DNA from: Dehalococcoidia bacterium
Lineage (GTDB): Bacteria; Chloroflexota; Dehalococcoidia; Plut-88900
NCBI GenBank assembly: GCA_965207225.1
Contig: CBDBLV010000005.1
Span: 1,088,001 to 1,152,000, forward strand
DNA length: 64,000 nt
Direction: 5' to 3'
The position numbers and the translations under genes were made by a program. Within the stretch, counting starts at the first letter, position 1. Each line of letters starts with the position of its first letter. Below, piece by piece: positions 60,329-64,000 of the stretch. The notes under the pieces were generated by a model that worked only from the letters and a program-made list of their open reading frames with translations, had not been told where the DNA came from and searched no databases.

Positions 60329-61405
60329 CTAGGGGCGGGGGCGGCGGTAGAAGGGCATGGGGGTGACGGTGGCGGGGACATGGCGGCCGCGGATGTCGAT
60401 ATCTATCTTTGTGTCCTTACGGGCAAGGGCCACGGGCACAAGGCCCATGCCGATGTCGAGGTTGAGGCTGGGGGCGCGGCCGCCGCTGGTGACCTCACCG
60501 ACAACCCGACCCTCGTGGAGGATAGCCTGGCCATGCCTGGGGATACCTCGGGCGTCCATGACGAAACCGGCGAGCCGACGCTCGGGGCCCTGCTCCTTGA
60601 CCTTGAGCAGAGCATCCTTGCCAGTGAAAGGGCCGGCGGTGAGATCTACGAAGCGGCCCAGGCCCGCCTCGAAGGGGTTGACTGTGGTGTTCATGTCGTT
60701 GCCGTAGAGTCGGAGTGCGGCTTCCAGGCGGAGGCTGTCCCGGGCCACGAGGCCACAAGGGGCGACCCCGGAATCAGCGAGGCGGTCCCACGTGGGGATG
60801 GCGGCGTCGGCGTTGACGATGATCTCGACTCCGTCCTCACCGGTGTATCCGGTACGGGCTATGAAGGTGTCGGAGGGGGCGTCTACGGTGATGGAGAAGA
60901 GGGTTGAGGAGTCGGGGTTGAAGGGGAAGAGGGATTGGACGATGGAGACGGCGGTCGGGCCCTGGACGGCGATCATGGCCGTTTCCTCGGTGCGGTCTAC
61001 CAGGTCAGCATTTGGGAACTCGGGGGCCTTGTCCCGGATGGTGTTTACGATGACCTCGCGGTTGGAGGCATTGCAGACGATGAAGACTCGCTGGTCGGGG
61101 AGGCGGTAGACGATGAGGTCGTCGAGGATACCGCCTGACTCGTTGCAGGCCATGCAGTATTTGGCATGGCCGGAAGGGATGGCCGTTACATCGGCGGTGA
61201 CCACGGAGTCGGCGAGGGACAGGGCGTCGGGGCCCTGGAGAAAGAGCCTGCCCATGTGGGAGACATCGAACATGCCGGCATGGGAGCGTACGGCGTGGTG
61301 CTCCTGGATGGCGGAGCCGTAGCGGGCGGGCATGTCCCAGCCGGCGAACTCGATCATCTGGGCGTCGAGGGTGAGGTGGGCGGGGTGGAGGGGGGTGGTT
61401 TTCAT
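60329..61405 (-). CDS. gcvT: Glycine cleavage aminomethyltransferase
   Basis: FAGWDMP, MFDVSHMG, RTGYTGEDG.E, ARDSLRLEA.L.LYG. Confidence 0.97.
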   Translation of the reverse strand: MKTTPLHPAHLTLDAQMIEFAGWDMPARYGSAIQEHHAVRSHAGMFDVSHMGRLFLQGPDALSLADSVVTADVTAIPSGHAKYCMACNESGGILDDLIVYRLPDQRVFIVCNASNREVIVNTIRDKAPEFPNADLVDRTEETAMIAVQGPTAVSIVQSLFPFNPDSSTLFSITVDAPSDTFIARTGYTGEDGVEIIVNADAAIPTWDRLADSGVAPCGLVARDSLRLEAALRLYGNDMNTTVNPFEAGLGRFVDLTAGPFTGKDALLKVKEQGPERRLAGFVMDARGIPRHGQAILHEGRVVGEVTSGGRAPSLNLDIGMGLVPVALARKDTKIDIDIRGRHVPATVTPMPFYRRPRP

Positions 61406-61664
61406 GGGTGACTTTGATTTGGGCAGGCGAGCTTATTGTCTTTCGTTTTCACCCTCACCCCAACTCTTTCCTTCGAGAGGTCTTTGCAAAGCCGTCGTGT
61501 CGTGGGGAACCCCTCCCGGAATCCGCTCGACCCTTCGAGCGGCCTCAGGATGAGCGGATTCCGCCCCACCCCAGTTTCATACCCTAGGCACATCTCCGAC
61601 CTCGGGGGGAATCCGAATGACAGTTGGGTGAGGTCTCCTATAGGGGAAGGAAATAAGGCAAGGG

Positions 61665-61994
61665 CTATTTGAGGGGGGAGTAGGAGGTGGGGCCGTAGAA
61701 GGTGTGAAACTCCCGGGTGACGATGGCACCGTGTTTCCTGCCGACCTCTTGACGCCCGGCGAGCCAGTCGGGGTGGTTGAAGAAGGCCTGCCACTTCTCC
61801 TCGCGCTCGTTGAGGGACTCCCAGGCGAGCATGTAGGAGAGGGCGTTGGTGTAGTCGCCGGCGACGGGGGTCCAGGCCCCGACCAGCCTCATGCCTACCT
61901 TTTCAAAGACGGGCACGGCAAGGTCTTCCATGACCTCGTTGAGGGCAGGCATCTTGCCGGGCGCGGCTTCGTATCTTCGCATTTCGTAGATCAC
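61665..61994 (-). CDS. NIPSNAP family protein
   Basis: IYEMRRY...PGK, VGAW, YMLAWESL.ERE..W, PTSYSPLK; GTG start after AGGAGG. Confidence 0.88.
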   Translation of the reverse strand: MIYEMRRYEAAPGKMPALNEVMEDLAVPVFEKVGMRLVGAWTPVAGDYTNALSYMLAWESLNEREEKWQAFFNHPDWLAGRQEVGRKHGAIVTREFHTFYGPTSYSPLK

Positions 61995-62331
61995 CGGAGC
62001 ACCTCCTGAGTGGTGGGGTGGGGACAGGGGAATGTTACCACAGGGGCGGGCAATTTGATTATTCAGCGGAAGATATTTGGGCTGCCCCGCTCTACAAAAA
62101 CTCAGGCCGCCTATCTTTCGATAGGCGGCCCTAGTTCGAACACTCATCCATCAAAGGAGGAAATGTTCCCCAATAAGGGGGGGTCATTCTAACACGAGGA
62201 TTTATCTCAGGTCAAGGGCTGTTTGTGCGGGGCGGATTCCGAGCAAACCACCTGCCTTTCGAGGAATCCTTGATAGGCCATGCTATGCTGATTTCAAGGG
62301 ACCGCCAGTGACATTCCGGGGGAGGTGTGCC

Positions 62332-64000
62332 ATGACTACGACCGCGGAGCGGCTTCTGTGCGCCGGAACAGTCGAGGAGGTGCGCGCCCGAGGATGCACG
62401 GTCGTCACGGGAGGCGGTCATGCGATTGCAGTCTTCCTTCTCGGGGACCGGTTTGCCGCAGTGGACAACCGGTGCCCTCACATGGGATTCCCGCTGGACA
62501 GGGGCACGGTCAGCAATGGAATTCTCACCTGTCACTGGCATCACGCCCGGTTCGATCTCTCAAGCGGCGGGACATTCGACCCCTTTGCCGACGACGTCCG
62601 GGCGTTCCCGGTTACGGTTGCGGAGGGTCGGGTGTGGGTAGACCCCAGCCCGCCGGATGCCGACCCCGTGGAAAGGTGGTCGCGGCGGCTGGAAGACGGG
62701 ATGGAGCACAACATCAGGTTGGTGATTGCGAAGTCGGTGCTGGGGCTGGAATCATCTCCCACAGATTACCGAATCCCGTTGACGATTGCGGCACGGTTCG
62801 GGACGACGTACTCGGATGTGGGGTGGGGGCAGGCGCTGACGATGATGACCTGTTCGGCGAATGCTCTCGACTGCCTCTACCCGGATGACCGGCCGCTGGC
62901 GCTGTACCAGGGCATCAGGCAGGTCGCCGCGGAGTGCGCCGGGCGACCGCCCCGCTTCATGGTAGACCCGCTTCCCACGGGAGAGACTCGACCCCACGTA
63001 TTCAAGGAATGGTTCCGCGGATTTATCGAGGTGCGCGATGAGGAGGGTGCAGAACGGTGCCTCCGCACGGCGATAGAGCTGGGCATTTCACTGGGTGAGA
63101 TAGCCGACATGGTCTTTGCCGCTGCAACTGACCGCATATACCTGGACGGGGGCCACGTCCTGGACTTCTGCAACAAAGGCTTCGAGCTACTGGACCATAT
63201 CGGCTGGGGGCACGCGGCGCAGGTGTTGACCAGCCTCGTTCACGGCATCGCCAGCGCCCGGCGCAGCGAGGAACTCAATTCGTGGAGGAACCCCATTGAT
63301 CTTTCTTCGATGGTGTGGGAGGCGCGACGTGCTCTACCCGGGCTCTGGGAGGAGGGGTCGGGGTTGCGGGGTGGGTGGGGTGGGGAGTCGGGGCTGGTGG
63401 AAAGGATGCTTGCGGACGATCCATCGGCAACGATACAGGCGCTGCAGGAAGCTGTACGCGAGGGGGCGACTGCCAAACGGCTGGGCGGCGCGGTGGCTTA
63501 TGCCGCCTTCCTGAGGATGGCCCGGTTCCACACTTCCAACGAGTTCGGGGACTGGGACACCGTGCACAACACCCTGACGGCGGGAAATGCTTTGCACCAG
63601 GCGCTGAAACGGGCCCCGTCGGTGGAATTATTGCGGGCGGTGTTCGACACGGCGATGAGCATCTACCTCGACCGATTCCTGAACATGCCGCCACGCCGCA
63701 TCCCCGAGCCCAATGGCGCAAATCCCGACGGTGATCTCGGGGCGGAGCTGCTGGATGCGATGGACTCCCAGCAGCAGGTGGAGCAGGCTGCACGAATCGT
63801 GACGGACTACGTGGCGGGGAGCCGGGACCCGGATGGCATTCTAGCGGTGCTGGGCCACGCGATGCTGCGGGAGGACTCGACGTTCCACCACTTCCAGATA
63901 GTTGACGCCGCGATGAAGCAGTACCTGGAGCGAAGGGGAACGCCCGCGGCCCGACACGTCCTGGTCGGGGCGGCGAGGTTTTTGGCTGCCCATTACCCTA
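62332..64000 (+). CDS. Rieske 2Fe-2S domain protein with long helical C-terminus (runs off window; absent from ORF track)
   Basis: ATG after GGAGG reads MTTTAERLLCAG...DNRCPHMGFPL..G....G.LTCHWHHARFDL. Confidence 0.85.
   Translation, partial: MTTTAERLLCAGTVEEVRARGCTVVTGGGHAIAVFLLGDRFAAVDNRCPHMGFPLDRGTVSNGILTCHWHHARFDLSSGGTFDPFADDVRAFPVTVAEGRVWVDPSPPDADPVERWSRRLEDGMEHNIRLVIAKSVLGLESSPTDYRIPLTIAARFGTTYSDVGWGQALTMMTCSANALDCLYPDDRPLALYQGIRQVAAECAGRPPRFMVDPLPTGETRPHVFKEWFRGFIEVRDEEGAERCLRTAIELGISLGEIADMVFAAATDRIYLDGGHVLDFCNKGFELLDHIGWGHAAQVLTSLVHGIASARRSEELNSWRNPIDLSSMVWEARRALPGLWEEGSGLRGGWGGESGLVERMLADDPSATIQALQEAVREGATAKRLGGAVAYAAFLRMARFHTSNEFGDWDTVHNTLTAGNALHQALKRAPSVELLRAVFDTAMSIYLDRFLNMPPRRIPEPNGANPDGDLGAELLDAMDSQQQVEQAARIVTDYVAGSRDPDGILAVLGHAMLREDSTFHHFQIVDAAMKQYLERRGTPAARHVLVGAARFLAAHYP

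Noticed and set aside
61406-61660. Glycine riboswitch upstream of gcvT
   Set aside because: No GGAGA..CCGAAG..CTCTCAGG pattern; the region consists of repeat families A, B and C

Overview
High-GC bacterial chromosomal window. The gene content points to Chloroflexota/Dehalococcoidia, probably SAR202-like (inference from expanded LLM monooxygenases, amidohydrolases, CoA transferases and M24 enzymes). It holds tRNA-Arg(CCT), many tandemly duplicated catabolic genes, a PyrR-attenuated pyr/car operon with an unusual PyrB-PyrI-Ada-like fusion, and the glycine cleavage operon. Accessory DNA comprises three type II TA modules, an HNH nuclease, a KAP NTPase, an IS1380 end that interrupts an amidohydrolase, and a complete IS21 that splits a RidA gene. 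Intergenic regions contain several families of palindromic repeats, nearly all in one orientation. The most unusual signal is a two-copy dispersed element (about 10020-11400 and 48770-49900). Each copy has a conserved promoter, an in-frame array of covarying hairpins closed by a 28-bp long-range inverted repeat with a compensatory change, a helical EIALLR domain, an embedded GTAG-REP and a conserved 3' end. Both copies sit beside a constant-length, variable-sequence hairpin cassette. A third similar promoter drives a structured segment with no convincing gene (32430-32845). All calls come from motif recognition by eye; no database searches were run.
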